DNA of 24,000 nucleotides from Luxibacter massiliensis (GCF_900604355.1 NZ_UWOE01000001.1:292617-316616); one strand, 5' to 3'. Shown: positions 1 through 10,355, numbered from the stretch's first letter. Program-made: numbers and translations. Notes: generated from the letters alone by a model not told the origin.

Positions 1-1
1 C

Positions 2-1105
2 TGCCATGGCAGCGGTAAAAGGAAAGAGGAAAAAGCGTTTCTTGGCAATACACTTTTCATGCTTGTATTTTGCTGTGTACTGCTGACTATATTGCTTGGG
101 GTTACTTATCCTGCAATTTTGTCGGCGTTTGGGGCAACGGGGGAACTGATGAATTATGCGGCTGATTATATTAGAATCTTAGTTTGGGGAGCATCCTTTC
201 AGATTATGGGAACTGGATTACTGCCTATTGTCCGTAATTATCATGGCTCAGTTACCGCTATGGCAGCCATGATTATGGGATTCAGCACAAATGTAGTGCT
301 GGACTGGCTGTTTGTATCTGTATATCAGAAGGGCGTTGCGGGGGCGGCGGCGGCCACATTGATCGGCCAACTTGTGACAGTCGTTCCCTGTGTGCTTTTC
401 CTGTTCCTGAAAAGAATTTTTCATACGGCTGTTCTGCGGCCTGCCAAATCTGTGATATGCCGGATTCTACAGGTTGCCCTTTCCCCATTTGGCCTGACGC
501 TCTTACCCAATATTGTTATTATCATCCTGAACAGAGGGGCATTAGCTTACGGTGGGGAACTGGCGGTATCCTGCTATGCTGTAGTAAGTTATGTAGTGTG
601 TGTGGTTCAGCTGTTATTACAAGGGATAGGTGATGGATCCCAGCCCCTGATTGGCCTTTACCATGGGGCGCAAAATGAGGAGCTTGTGAAACAGGTTCGG
701 AGAATGGCGTATATGTATGCTTTTTGCACATCTGCTGTATGTATGGCAGGGATATTCCTGCTCCGGCATAAAATTCCGGTATTTTTTGGTACATCAGAAA
801 CAGTGGCAGCAGAAGTGACAGATGTGCTTGTGGTTTTTATAGCGGGTTTTATATTTATTGCCTTTCTAAGAATCACAACCGCTTATTTTTATGCTGTGAA
901 GGATAATAAAAGCGCATATCTGCTTATTTACGGGGAACCCTGCGTTCTTGCCTTGCTTGTGGCTTTCGCCCTGCCAAGGTTTCTAGGCGTAGATGGAGTG
1001 TGGCTGTCTGTGCCGGTAAGCCAGGCAGTTCTTGCGGCTATCGGATTTATGCTGTTATGGAGAGGGAAGCAGAAAAAGGAAAGTGACGGACAGGAATCCA
1101 TGTGA
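2..1105 (+). CDS. MATE family efflux transporter, 5'-truncated by the window edge
   Basis: The frame is open from nt 2, with no stop before the ATG at 59 used by the ORF track. The product is a highly hydrophobic multi-TM protein with MATE-like composition. Stop is TGA 1103-1105. Confidence 0.75.
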   Translation, partial: CHGSGKRKEEKAFLGNTLFMLVFCCVLLTILLGVTYPAILSAFGATGELMNYAADYIRILVWGASFQIMGTGLLPIVRNYHGSVTAMAAMIMGFSTNVVLDWLFVSVYQKGVAGAAAATLIGQLVTVVPCVLFLFLKRIFHTAVLRPAKSVICRILQVALSPFGLTLLPNIVIIILNRGALAYGGELAVSCYAVVSYVVCVVQLLLQGIGDGSQPLIGLYHGAQNEELVKQVRRMAYMYAFCTSAVCMAGIFLLRHKIPVFFGTSETVAAEVTDVLVVFIAGFIFIAFLRITTAYFYAVKDNKSAYLLIYGEPCVLALLVAFALPRFLGVDGVWLSVPVSQAVLAAIGFMLLWRGKQKKESDGQESM

Positions 1106-1230
1106 TTAACCCGTGCAGGCATGTGGTATAATTAAAATAAATCAGGCCGGAGCAGGCCCTGAATATGGAGATGATTTCTATAAACCGTCAAAGACACTCC
1201 GGTAAAAACGATGGAAAAGAGGTGGCTGAA

Positions 1231-1815
1231 ATGACAAGGCTGGAACAGCAGCTTGAATTTATCAGGGAGATCGACAAAGTAAAAAATATTTACCGGCAGA
1301 CATACCTGGCAGACGGGGAGCGGAAGGAAAATGATGCCGAGCATTCATGGCATATTGCTGTTATGGCTGTGCTTTTAAAAGAGTATGTCCCGGAGGCAGA
1401 TATCTTGAAAGCCATAATCATGGTTTTAATCCATGACTTGGTAGAAATTGATGCCGGGGACACATATGCATATGATATGAAAGGGGCGGAAACGAAGAGG
1501 CAGAGGGAGGTCAAGGCTGCAGAACGGATATTTGGCTTGCTTCCAGATGACCAGGGCAGTACTTTCCGGGAACTGTGGGAAGAGTTCGAGGCGTATGAGA
1601 CAGCAGAGGCAAAATATGCCCACTTGCTGGACAACTTTCAGCCTCTGCTGTTAAATGATGCATCCGGCGGAAAGAGCTGGAGTGAGCACGATGTGCAGAA
1701 GTCCTGGATATATAAAAGAAATGAAAAAATAGGCGAGACATCGGCAGAAATATGGAAATGTATGCAGGAGATTGTGGATAAGCATATTAAAAAGGGAAAT
1801 GTACGGGACTGCTAA
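1231..1815 (+). CDS. HD-domain metal-dependent phosphohydrolase (YfbR/5'-nucleotidase-like)
   Basis: H..HD..D signature (EHSWH, LIHDLVEIDAGD). I prefer the ATG at 1231 (MTRLEQQLEF) because GAGGTGG sits 5 nt upstream. The ORF-track start at 1165 has no SD. Confidence 0.7.
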   Translation: MTRLEQQLEFIREIDKVKNIYRQTYLADGERKENDAEHSWHIAVMAVLLKEYVPEADILKAIIMVLIHDLVEIDAGDTYAYDMKGAETKRQREVKAAERIFGLLPDDQGSTFRELWEEFEAYETAEAKYAHLLDNFQPLLLNDASGGKSWSEHDVQKSWIYKRNEKIGETSAEIWKCMQEIVDKHIKKGNVRDC

Positions 1816-1871
1816 ATGGACATGCTGCCTTTGAATATAGTATGGTGTTAGAAAGCCGGGGAGGAAAAGAG

Positions 1872-2597
1872 ATGTATGTAGAAGAAGTGGAGCGTCTGCA
1901 AAATATTATAGGCCAAAGTGAGAATATTGTATTTTTTGGCGGGGCAGGTGTATCAACAGAAAGTAATATTCCAGATTTTAGAAGTGCTGATGGAATATAC
2001 CACCAAACCTATAAGTATTCCCCCGAGCAGGTAGTCAGCCACAGTTTCTTTGTATCTCATACAGAAGCCTTTTATGACTTCTATAAAGAGAAGATGATGC
2101 TGTTAGAGGCGAAGCCTAACCCGGCCCATAGAAAACTGGCCCTCCTTGAGCAAGCGGGAAAGCTCAGGGCAGTTATCACGCAGAATATAGACGGCCTGCA
2201 CCAGGCGGCAGGCAGTAAAAATGTATTTGAGCTTCATGGAAGTATCCACCGGAACCATTGTATGGACTGCGGCAGGTTTTACGATGCTCACTATGTAAAA
2301 GGCTCAAAAGGGATTCCGCGCTGCGAATGTGGAGGGATCATTAAGCCAGATGTGGTACTTTATGAAGAAGGACTTGACACAGCGACAATACAAGGGGCAA
2401 TAGAGGCTATTACAGGTGCGGACACCTTGATTATAGGCGGCACCTCTTTAGTTGTGTACCCGGCTGCAGGATTCATAGATTACTTTCATGGCAGATACTT
2501 GGTGGTGATCAATAAATCAGAAACTGCCCGCCCGGTGAAGGCGGATTTAATGATCAATGGGCCCATAGGGGAAGTATTTTCACAAATTAAAATATAA
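1872..2597 (+). CDS. cobB: NAD-dependent protein deacylase, Sir2 family
   Basis: Sirtuin motifs GAGVSTESNIPDFRS, TQNIDGLH, HG, and a Zn ribbon CxxC...CxC (CMDCG...CECGG). ATG 1872 is preceded by GGGGAGGA. Confidence 0.85.
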   Translation: MYVEEVERLQNIIGQSENIVFFGGAGVSTESNIPDFRSADGIYHQTYKYSPEQVVSHSFFVSHTEAFYDFYKEKMMLLEAKPNPAHRKLALLEQAGKLRAVITQNIDGLHQAAGSKNVFELHGSIHRNHCMDCGRFYDAHYVKGSKGIPRCECGGIIKPDVVLYEEGLDTATIQGAIEAITGADTLIIGGTSLVVYPAAGFIDYFHGRYLVVINKSETARPVKADLMINGPIGEVFSQIKI

Positions 2598-2616
2598 GGC
2601 AAAGAGAGAGAGGTAT

Positions 2617-4026
2617 GTGGGATTGTATGCAGAGATTATTGGAACCTTAAGTAACTGGCTGTACAGCTATATTTTGATTATCCTGCTTGTCGGGGCAGGT
2701 ATTTATTTTACAGTCAGAACGAAGTTTGTACAGTTTAAATGTCTGAAAGAGGCATTTAAAGTAGTGCTGGAGCCGAAGTCAGATGAGAAATCAATCTCTT
2801 CCTTCCAGGCGTTGATGGTATCTACCGCGTCCAGGGTGGGGACAGGCAACATCGCAGGAATTTCTACGGCTCTCTGTATTGGCGGCGCAGGGGCCATGTT
2901 CTGGATGTGGCTGATTGCCCTGCTTGGAAGCGCATCAGCGTTTGTGGAGAGTACGCTGGCACAGATATATAAGCGGAAAGCTGCAGATGGAGGCTCCTAC
3001 GGGGGGCCTGCATATTATATTCAGGCAGTCCTTAAGAAAAGGTGGCTTGGCGTTTTATTTGCAGTATGTCTGATTGCAACTTATATGGGCGGGTTCAATA
3101 TGGTTGCGTCGTTTAATATTGCAGATTCTTTCCGCAGATATGATTTCTATCGGCCTGGAGTGACTCCTATTATTGTGGGGATTGTGCTTGCATTTATTTT
3201 TGGTTTGTGTATTTTCGGGGGAAGCAAGCGTATTTCCAGGATTACAGAAGTAATTGTCCCAGCAATGGGCGTGTTTTATCTGGCTGTCTCTTTATTTATT
3301 GTGGTAAGCCACCTGAATTTGCTTCCGGGAGTGATAGCTGCCATTTTTAAAGGGGCATTTGATATTCCGGCAATTTTTGGCGGATTCGCTGGTTCCGCCG
3401 TGATGCAGGGGATTAAAAGAGGACTCTTTTCAAATGAAGCCGGGGTTGGTTCGGCCCCTAATGCTGCTGCTTCTGCCGGAGTATCCCACCCAGTAAAGCA
3501 AGGGTTGGTACAGATGCTTTCTGTGTATATAGATACCATTTTGATCTGCAGTGCCACGGGATTTATGCTGTTATGTTCCGGTGTAGGGCCCACAGAGACT
3601 ATGGCCGGGATGCCTTATGTACAGGAGGCCGTGGCCGGCTCTCTGGGAGGCTTTGGGACAATCTTTATTACAGTGGCATTATTTCTTTTTGCATTTACAA
3701 CATTAATTGGTAATTTCTATTATGCGGAGATGGGACTGCGCTATATATGCAATAAGGTGCCAGAGAAAGGAATCCTCAATGTGTTCCGCATGTGTGCAGT
3801 TTTGATTGTATGTGCTGGCGCTACAATGGATTTTAGTGTGGTGTGGGATACTGCAGATGTACTGATGGGATTGATGGCTTTGATCAACCTTCCAGTTATT
3901 ATTCTTTTGGGAGGGCCGGCCCTGCATTGTATGCAGGATTATCTGAAACAGAAAAAAGAAGGGAAGAATCCTGTATTTAGAGCCAAGGATATAGGATTAA
4001 AGACGAAGACAGATTTTTGGAATTGA
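2617..4026 (+). CDS. Alanine/glycine:cation symporter (AGCS family)
   Basis: AGCS signature SFQALMVSTASRVGTGNIAGISTA and a multi-TM protein. The start is uncertain: GTG 2617 or TTG 2623 after a GAGAGAGG tract. Confidence 0.85.
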   Translation: MGLYAEIIGTLSNWLYSYILIILLVGAGIYFTVRTKFVQFKCLKEAFKVVLEPKSDEKSISSFQALMVSTASRVGTGNIAGISTALCIGGAGAMFWMWLIALLGSASAFVESTLAQIYKRKAADGGSYGGPAYYIQAVLKKRWLGVLFAVCLIATYMGGFNMVASFNIADSFRRYDFYRPGVTPIIVGIVLAFIFGLCIFGGSKRISRITEVIVPAMGVFYLAVSLFIVVSHLNLLPGVIAAIFKGAFDIPAIFGGFAGSAVMQGIKRGLFSNEAGVGSAPNAAASAGVSHPVKQGLVQMLSVYIDTILICSATGFMLLCSGVGPTETMAGMPYVQEAVAGSLGGFGTIFITVALFLFAFTTLIGNFYYAEMGLRYICNKVPEKGILNVFRMCAVLIVCAGATMDFSVVWDTADVLMGLMALINLPVIILLGGPALHCMQDYLKQKKEGKNPVFRAKDIGLKTKTDFWN

Positions 4027-4095
4027 TACAGACAGAATAAATATGACTGTCGAAGAAGAGGGTTTATCCCTCAGCATTGCTGTTAAGGCATGTAA

Positions 4096-4136
4096 GGCCA
4101 GCAAGCTCTCATATTGAGGGGGTGCTGGCCTCTCGT
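4096..4136. terminator. Hairpin between convergent genes
   Basis: GGCCAGCA (4096-4103) pairs with TGCTGGCC (4123-4130), followed by TCTCGTTTT. It lies between the symporter stop and the methyltransferase stop. Confidence 0.35.
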
Positions 4137-4137
4137 T

Positions 4138-5004
4138 TTACAAAATATCTTTTTCCCAACGTCCAGAAGCTCCACAGGGGAGTGTAAGCCGGCTGTGCTT
4201 TACCGGAAGTCCTATTTCCTGCGCGTCCACTGTCCCGCCCCATTTTTTCAATTCTGTGGCAATCATATAGGACAGAACAGCAGGAGCTAACCCAGTTGTA
4301 TAAGAGTTTATTAGAAAAAACAGGGCATCTTTGGATAAAACTTGGGTACAGAGTTTAATAAATGGATGTATCATATCCTCGATTTTCCATATTTCACCCT
4401 TAGGGCCCCTTCCATAAGAGGGGGGATCCATAATAATTGCATCATAAGTGTTTCCCCGGCGTATCTCCCGCTCCACAAATTTGACACAGTCATCTACCAG
4501 CCAACGTATGGGGGCGTCTTCTAATCCAGAGGCCAGCGCGTTTTCCCTGGCCCATGCAACCATTCCTTTGGAGGCATCCACATGGGTAACTTGTGCGCCG
4601 GCAGAGGCTGCGGCCAGCGTGGCGCCGCCTGTGTAGGCGAAAAGGTTCAATACCCGGACAGGCCTGTGTGCCCCCTGTATTTTTGAAGAAAACCAATCCC
4701 AATTTACAGCCTGCTCCGGGAATAATCCTGTATGTTTGAAATTAAAAGGCTTCAAGTTAAAAGTAAGGCTGCCATAGCAAATCTTCCATTGGTGGGGAAG
4801 GTCAAAAAACTCCCATTCCCCGCCGCCTTTTTTACTGCGGTGATAATGGCCATTGGGGCGCTTCCATCCAGAATGCTCCCTGGGGGTGTCCCAAATTACC
4901 TGCGGGTCAGGGCGAATAAGAAGATAATCCCCCCAGCGCTCCAGCTTCTCCCCCTGAGAACAATCTATCACTTCATAGTCTTTCCACTTGTCTGCAATCC
5001 ACAT
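4138..5004 (-). CDS. Class I SAM-dependent methyltransferase (RlmI/YwbD-like)
   Basis: SAM-binding motif VLNLFAYTGGATLAAA..VTHVDAS and the catalytic-type motif IIMDPPSYG. The start is moved to ATG 5004 (MWIADKW), which has AAGAGGA upstream. The track start at 5067 lacks an SD. Confidence 0.75.
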   Translation of the reverse strand: MWIADKWKDYEVIDCSQGEKLERWGDYLLIRPDPQVIWDTPREHSGWKRPNGHYHRSKKGGGEWEFFDLPHQWKICYGSLTFNLKPFNFKHTGLFPEQAVNWDWFSSKIQGAHRPVRVLNLFAYTGGATLAAASAGAQVTHVDASKGMVAWARENALASGLEDAPIRWLVDDCVKFVEREIRRGNTYDAIIMDPPSYGRGPKGEIWKIEDMIHPFIKLCTQVLSKDALFFLINSYTTGLAPAVLSYMIATELKKWGGTVDAQEIGLPVKHSRLTLPCGASGRWEKDIL

Positions 5005-5113
5005 AATTTTATCCTCTTTCTTTTTGGAATGTCTGTTCGTATGATTAAACAGGCAAAAACTATACATATCATCTCATAAACAGTTATTTTTTTCAACAGA
5101 GAGATAAAATCTG

Positions 5114-5142
5114 TTTACCTAAAGCTAAGTCAGTGATAGAAT
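5114..5142 (+). promoter_or_regulatory. Candidate sigma-A promoter for the yedF-selD operon
   Basis: TTTACC (5114-5119), 17 nt spacer, TAGAAT (5137-5142), about 35 nt upstream of the yedF start. Confidence 0.35.
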
Positions 5143-5177
5143 ATATCTATAAGTGCTTCAGGAAGGAGAATTTAAAT

Positions 5178-5795
5178 ATGATAACAGTTAACGCTATGGG
5201 GGACGCATGCCCGATCCCCGTAATTAAGACGAAAAAGGCAATGCAGGAAGTAACAGGCGATGAAGTGTTGGAGGTGCTGGTTGATAACGAGATAGCCGTC
5301 CAGAATGTGACTAAAATGGCATCCAGTGAAGGCGGCCAGGTTACGTCTGAGAAAATTGGGGAGAATCAATTTAAGATTACAGTAAAAGTAAGCCAGACGG
5401 CCGGCAGAAAAGAATCAGCAGACTACAAGGAGGAAATACAGTGTATGCCTGACAGGAGAAAAAATACAGTTGTGGTTATTAGTTCTGACCGCATGGGGAG
5501 CGGAGATGATGAACTTGGAAAAGTGCTTATGAAAGGGTTTATTTTTGCAGTTTCAAAGTTGGACGAGCTGCCATCGGCTATGCTGTTTTATAATGGAGGG
5601 GCTACGCTGACAGCAGAGGGTTCTGAATCTTTGGAGGATTTAAAAGATCTGGAGGCCCAGGGCGTAGAGATCATGACATGTGGTACCTGCCTGGATTATT
5701 ACGGATTGAAAGAAAAGCTAGAGGTGGGGACAGTGACAAACATGTACAGTATCGTAGAAAAAATGAATCAGGCAGAAAGGATTCTGCGCCCATAA
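5178..5795 (+). CDS. yedF: Sulfurtransferase-like selenium metabolism protein YedF (SirA/TusA-like N-domain plus DsrE-like C-domain)
   Basis: N-terminal NAMGDACPIPVIKTKKAM (CPxP TusA/SirA motif). The C-terminal part is DsrE/F-like (VVVISSDRMGSGDDELG...MTCGTCLDYYG). ATG 5178 is preceded by GGAAGGAG. It sits directly upstream of selD. Confidence 0.8.
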   Translation: MITVNAMGDACPIPVIKTKKAMQEVTGDEVLEVLVDNEIAVQNVTKMASSEGGQVTSEKIGENQFKITVKVSQTAGRKESADYKEEIQCMPDRRKNTVVVISSDRMGSGDDELGKVLMKGFIFAVSKLDELPSAMLFYNGGATLTAEGSESLEDLKDLEAQGVEIMTCGTCLDYYGLKEKLEVGTVTNMYSIVEKMNQAERILRP

Positions 5796-5823
5796 AGGAT
5801 AGTGTGGAAGGAGGAAAAGGGAC

Positions 5824-6873
5824 ATGAACAAGGGAAAGGACGTACGTCTGACACAGATGGCAAAAACGGCAGGATGAGCAGCTAAAATTGGTCCTGAGAC
5901 CCTTGCCCAGGTTCTGGGTAAGCTGCCTGAATTTTATGATGAGAACCTTATAGTTGGAATTGAGACATCTGACGATGCCGCAATCTATAAAGTGACGGAT
6001 GAAATTGCCATGATACAGACGGTAGATTTCTTTACTCCGATTGTAGATGACCCTTATACCTTTGGGCAGATTGCAGCAGCCAACTCTCTGAGCGATGTGT
6101 ATGCCATGGGAGGAGAACCAAAGGTGGCCTTAAATATAGTAGGCTTTCCCAATTGTCTGGATCCGGAAATATTAGGTGAGATTTTGAGAGGCGGAGCGGA
6201 CAAGGTAAAGGAAGCAAGAGCGGTTTTAGTAGGCGGGCATTCTGTACAGGATGAGGAACCTAAATATGGCCTGAGTGTCTCCGGTTTTGTGCATCCGGAC
6301 AAGATATATAAGAATTATGGCTGCCAGCCGGGAGATGCCCTTATCCTGACGAAGCAGATTGGCAGCGGTATTATAACAACGGCCGTGAAAGGTGGGATGG
6401 CCTCTGTGCAGGCTGAGAAAGAAGTAATTACAGTGATGGCTTCTCTTAACCAGAAAGCTGCAGAAGCCGCTAAAGGATTTACTGTACATGCATGTACAGA
6501 TATTACTGGGTTTGGCCTGCTCGGACACTGTGCGGAGATGGCATCCGCCAGTGATGTAACGCTGGAGATTCACGTAGAAGATGTGGCTTATATGGAGGAT
6601 GCCCCCGGATATGCTAAGATGGGACTTGTACCGGCAGGGGCCTATAAAAACAGAGAACATAGCGGAGAATTTGTAGATATGGGGTCTGTGGACGAATATT
6701 ATACAGATATGCTCTATGACCCACAGACATCAGGCGGCTTGCTTTTTAGCATTCCTCAAAATGAGCTTGGAGAATTCCTCGCAGAACTAACAGATAAGAA
6801 ACTGGATACGAAGGTCTCTGTAATAGGGCGTGTCCTTGAGAAATCAGACAAACTGATACGGCTGATGCCTTAG
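5824..6873 (+). CDS. selD: Selenide, water dikinase (selenophosphate synthetase), selenocysteine-containing; in-frame UGA at 5875-5877
   Basis: ATG 5824 follows GGAAGGAGG. It translates as MNKGKDVRLTQMAKTAG-U-AAKIGPETLAQVL, the SelD active-site G(C/U)xxK motif, and runs in frame into the track ORF at 5992. The remainder is AIR-synthase-fold SelD (DDPYTFGQIAAANSLSDVYAMGG). Confidence 0.9.
5875..5922 (+). promoter_or_regulatory. Sec-UGA codon plus candidate SECIS hairpin in selD
   Basis: UGA at 5875-5877. The hairpin CTTGCCCAG-GTT-CTGGGTAAG (5902-5922) has 9 bp including one G:U. Its apical loop contains GU and begins 33 nt after the UGA. A smaller GGTC-CTGA-GACC hairpin lies at 5890-5901. Confidence 0.45.
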
Positions 6874-7020
6874 ATTGTATCTGACAATTTACTGTACCCA
6901 TCTGACAGTCCATTTTTGGTGCTGTGTATCAGCCAGACATGCTAATTATCAAACATGGCCAGCCGGTGAGATATTTAGATAGAAATATAAATAATTGATA
7001 GAAGGAGCCTGTATAAAAAG

Positions 7021-8439
7021 ATGGATAAGAAACTTTTGTTCCGCAGAATTCCTAAAGTGGATGTTTTGATGGAGGACGAAAAAATAAAGAAAATGACAGA
7101 GCAGTACAGCTATGACAGTGTATTAGAAGCTGTCAGGGAAGAACAAGAAAAACTGCGGGAATTTATTGGAAGCTGTGAGGATGAGGAAGCTGCAGAAAAG
7201 GAAATAGCTAGTTTGCCGGAGCATATAGAACAGAGAATTGCGTATTTATACCGGCCCAATATGTCAAAGGTGCTCAATGGGACGGGCACGATTTTGCATA
7301 CTAACCTGGGGCGCGCCCCCCTGGGAACTGCACATCTGAACCAGGTTGCCAGAATCGCAGGGGGCTATTCTAATCTGGAATATGATCTGGAAGCCGGAAG
7401 AAGAGGCGAGCGTTATTCTCACTTTGAAAAACTTTTGTGTAGAATAACAGGGGCAGAGGCTGCCATGGCGGTCAATAACAATGCAGCAGCCGTGATGCTT
7501 ATTCTCAGCTCCATGGCCCGGGGCGGCGAAGTAGTTGTATCCAGGGGGGAGCTTGTAGAGATAGGCGGGAAGTTCAGGATTCCAGATGTTATGGAGCAGA
7601 GCCAGGCTGTACTCAAAGAGGTAGGGACAACCAACAAGACTCATCTGTCAGATTATGAGGAAGCGGTCAGTGACCGGACGAGGGCTTTTTTAAAGGTTCA
7701 TACAAGCAATTACTGTATCGTGGGCTTTACGGAGTCAGTGCCTATAAGTGACCTGATTCCATTGAAGGAGAAGTATGGAATCCCTGTAATTGAAGATCTG
7801 GGAAGCGGCGTATTGGTAGATTTGAGTAAATATGGACTGCAGCATGAACCTACTGTGCAGGATTCTATAAAAAGTGGTGCGGATGTGGTTTGCTTCAGCG
7901 GCGATAAGCTTTTAGGAGGCCCGCAGGCTGGAATTATAGTGGGGAAGAAGAGGTATATAGACAAAATGAAGAAGAATCCTCTCACCAGAGCTTTGAGGAT
8001 TGACAAATTTACGGCATCTGCATTGGAGATTGTATTAAAGGAATATTTGTCCGAAGAAAGGGCGGTTCAGAATATACCTGTGCTGCGCATGATTACCCGC
8101 AAAATTGAGGATATCAAAGAAGAGGCAAACAAATTTTGCGGGATGTTAAAGGATGCAAAGTTAGATGCGGAGATAGAAGTTATTGAGTGTGAATCCCAGA
8201 TTGGGGGCGGGTCTTTGCCAATGGAAAGACTTCCAAGTATGGCAGTAACGATCCGGCCCCTGAAAATCACGACTGCCTGTCTGGAGGAGCGGCTGAGGCA
8301 CCTCCCTATTCCCGTGATCGGCCGGGTTGTCAACGACAGGATTCTGCTGGATATGAGAACTTTTGAGGGCAGCTGTATGTCTGATTTCATAGAAGGCCTC
8401 AGAAAATCACATATTCTGGAGAAGGAGAGAGATTTGTAA
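7021..8439 (+). CDS. selA: L-seryl-tRNA(Sec) selenium transferase
   Basis: SelA motifs VLNGTGTILHTNLGRAPL and FSGDKLLGGPQAGIIVG (PLP lysine). The stop TAA overlaps the selB ATG (TAATG). Confidence 0.9.
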   Translation: MDKKLLFRRIPKVDVLMEDEKIKKMTEQYSYDSVLEAVREEQEKLREFIGSCEDEEAAEKEIASLPEHIEQRIAYLYRPNMSKVLNGTGTILHTNLGRAPLGTAHLNQVARIAGGYSNLEYDLEAGRRGERYSHFEKLLCRITGAEAAMAVNNNAAAVMLILSSMARGGEVVVSRGELVEIGGKFRIPDVMEQSQAVLKEVGTTNKTHLSDYEEAVSDRTRAFLKVHTSNYCIVGFTESVPISDLIPLKEKYGIPVIEDLGSGVLVDLSKYGLQHEPTVQDSIKSGADVVCFSGDKLLGGPQAGIIVGKKRYIDKMKKNPLTRALRIDKFTASALEIVLKEYLSEERAVQNIPVLRMITRKIEDIKEEANKFCGMLKDAKLDAEIEVIECESQIGGGSLPMERLPSMAVTIRPLKITTACLEERLRHLPIPVIGRVVNDRILLDMRTFEGSCMSDFIEGLRKSHILEKERDL

Positions 8440-10355
8440 TGAAGCATATTATTATTGGGACAGCAGGGCATATTGACCATGGTAAGACAACGCTGATTAA
8501 GGCCCTGACCGGCAGGAATACAGACCGATGGGAGGAAGAACAGCGCAGGGGAATAACAATCGACCTTGGATTTACGTACTTTGATTTAAGAAATGGGAAT
8601 AGGGCAGGAATTATTGATGTGCCGGGGCATGAAAAGTTTATTAATAATATGGTGGCCGGTGTAGTCGGTATGGATTTAGTTCTTCTTGTAGTTGCCGCTG
8701 ATGAAGGGATTATGCCCCAGACAAGGGAACATATGGACATTCTGGAGATGCTGGGTGTGAAGAAGAGTATCCTGGTACTAAATAAATGTGACTTGGTAGA
8801 TGAGGAGTGGCTGGAGCTTGTAGAGGAGGAGATTCAGGAAGAACTTGCAGGTACGTTTCTGGAAGGGGCACCTGTGATGAAAGTCTCGGCGGCTACAGGG
8901 GAAGGAATAGATGGGTTGGTAGCGTTAATTGAGCATTTCAGCGAAGAGGAGCTGGAGGAGAAAGATATTCATACGATCCCCCGGCTTCCAGTAGACAGGG
9001 TATTTTCTATGTCTGGCTTTGGCACAGTTATTACAGGGACTCTTATTAGCGGGATGATATCAAAAGAGGATACGCTGGAAATGTATCCAAATGGGAAGGA
9101 ATGTAAAATACGGAATATTCAGGTTCATGGTGTGAATGTGGATACATGTTATGCTGGACAGCGTGTAGCCGTAAATATTTCAAATATGAAAAAAAGAGAG
9201 ATTCAGAGAGGATGTGTCCTGGCACCTCCTAAAAGCATGAGGGATTCAAGGCTGATGGATGTGAAGCTGAATATTTTGGATTCTTCCGTGCGTGTTTTGG
9301 GAAACCAGGTGCGCCTTCATTTTTTCAGTGGTACGAGCGAGGTGTTGTGCCGTGCTATATTGTTGGACAGTGAAAGCCTTGGGCCGGGGGAAAGTGGATA
9401 TGTGCAGCTGCGTATGGAGGAAGATGTGGCATTTCGAAGAGGGGATAGATTTATTGTCCGGTTCTATTCACCTATGGAGACTGTCGGGGGAGGCGTCATT
9501 TTAGAGCCAAATGCGTCCAGGAAGAAGCGTTTCAGCCAGGAGGCCATTGAAAGCCTAAGACAGAAAGAATCAGGTTCTGCGGAAGATGTGATTGAACTCC
9601 ATGTACGCGAGTTTAGCGATACTATGGCAGCAATGTCTGAACTGGCTAAATTGTCAGCCCTTTCAATTGAAGAGACATCCCAGGCAGTGTCAGAATTGGA
9701 AAGGCAGGGTTTAGTCTGTGTATTTCCCATGAAGAGAGAGACATTCGTGTGGCATATGGCGGATGAGGCTTCATTGAGGGGACGTCTTGTAAACGCCCTG
9801 CAGGATTATGTCCGAAAGTACCCTTACCGGTATGGTATGCCAAAAGCTGAAGTTCATAGTACATTTTTAAAAAAGGTAAAGCCAAATGTTTTTGACAGAT
9901 ATATCGAATGGCTGGTGGAGAAGGGGGCGTTGTCCCGGCATGAAGAATTTTTAGCGCCAGAGGGATACACAATCAGCCTGGATGGAACCTATAACAAAAT
10001 AAAAGGACAGCTTCTGAATGTACTGAAAGCAGCAGGATACGATTTTGTGAAAATTACAGAAATAAATTTTGGCGGTATTCCCGGGGAGACTGTGGATGAT
10101 ATCTTGATTCTGCTGATAGATTCAGGTGAAATTGTGAAGGTGGCAGAGGGAATGTATACAGTAAGGGAATATATGGATGAGGCACAGGATAAAATTATTT
10201 CAAGGCTTAAGGAGAATGGAAAAATTACAATCGCTGAGATACGAGATATGTTTGCCACAAGCCGGAAGAGTGCAAAACCCATTCTGGAGTATATGGATAG
10301 TATTAAAGTTACAAAAAAAACAGGAGCAGAGAGTGAAAGGATATCAAATCTATGA
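8439..10355 (+). CDS. selB: Selenocysteine-specific translation elongation factor
   Basis: GTPase motifs GHIDHGKT, DVPGH, NKCD, plus a long C-terminal winged-helix-type extension (638 aa), typical of SelB. Confidence 0.9.
   Translation: MKHIIIGTAGHIDHGKTTLIKALTGRNTDRWEEEQRRGITIDLGFTYFDLRNGNRAGIIDVPGHEKFINNMVAGVVGMDLVLLVVAADEGIMPQTREHMDILEMLGVKKSILVLNKCDLVDEEWLELVEEEIQEELAGTFLEGAPVMKVSAATGEGIDGLVALIEHFSEEELEEKDIHTIPRLPVDRVFSMSGFGTVITGTLISGMISKEDTLEMYPNGKECKIRNIQVHGVNVDTCYAGQRVAVNISNMKKREIQRGCVLAPPKSMRDSRLMDVKLNILDSSVRVLGNQVRLHFFSGTSEVLCRAILLDSESLGPGESGYVQLRMEEDVAFRRGDRFIVRFYSPMETVGGGVILEPNASRKKRFSQEAIESLRQKESGSAEDVIELHVREFSDTMAAMSELAKLSALSIEETSQAVSELERQGLVCVFPMKRETFVWHMADEASLRGRLVNALQDYVRKYPYRYGMPKAEVHSTFLKKVKPNVFDRYIEWLVEKGALSRHEEFLAPEGYTISLDGTYNKIKGQLLNVLKAAGYDFVKITEINFGGIPGETVDDILILLIDSGEIVKVAEGMYTVREYMDEAQDKIISRLKENGKITIAEIRDMFATSRKSAKPILEYMDSIKVTKKTGAESERISNL

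Noticed and set aside
4732-5079. The plus-strand 115-aa ORF antisense to the methyltransferase. Similar long antisense ORFs include 6226..6660, 8067..8480, 10309..10794, 13512..13970, 18375..18812 and 19244..19765.
   Set aside because: Each lies entirely within a well-supported gene on the opposite strand. They lack an SD and show the skewed composition typical of antisense frames.
5992-6873. The ORF-track start of selD at 5992, and the separate 82-aa ORF at 21722..21970.
   Set aside because: Both are artefacts of treating UGA as a stop. They are the C-terminal parts of selD (from 5824) and prdB (from 21245) respectively.
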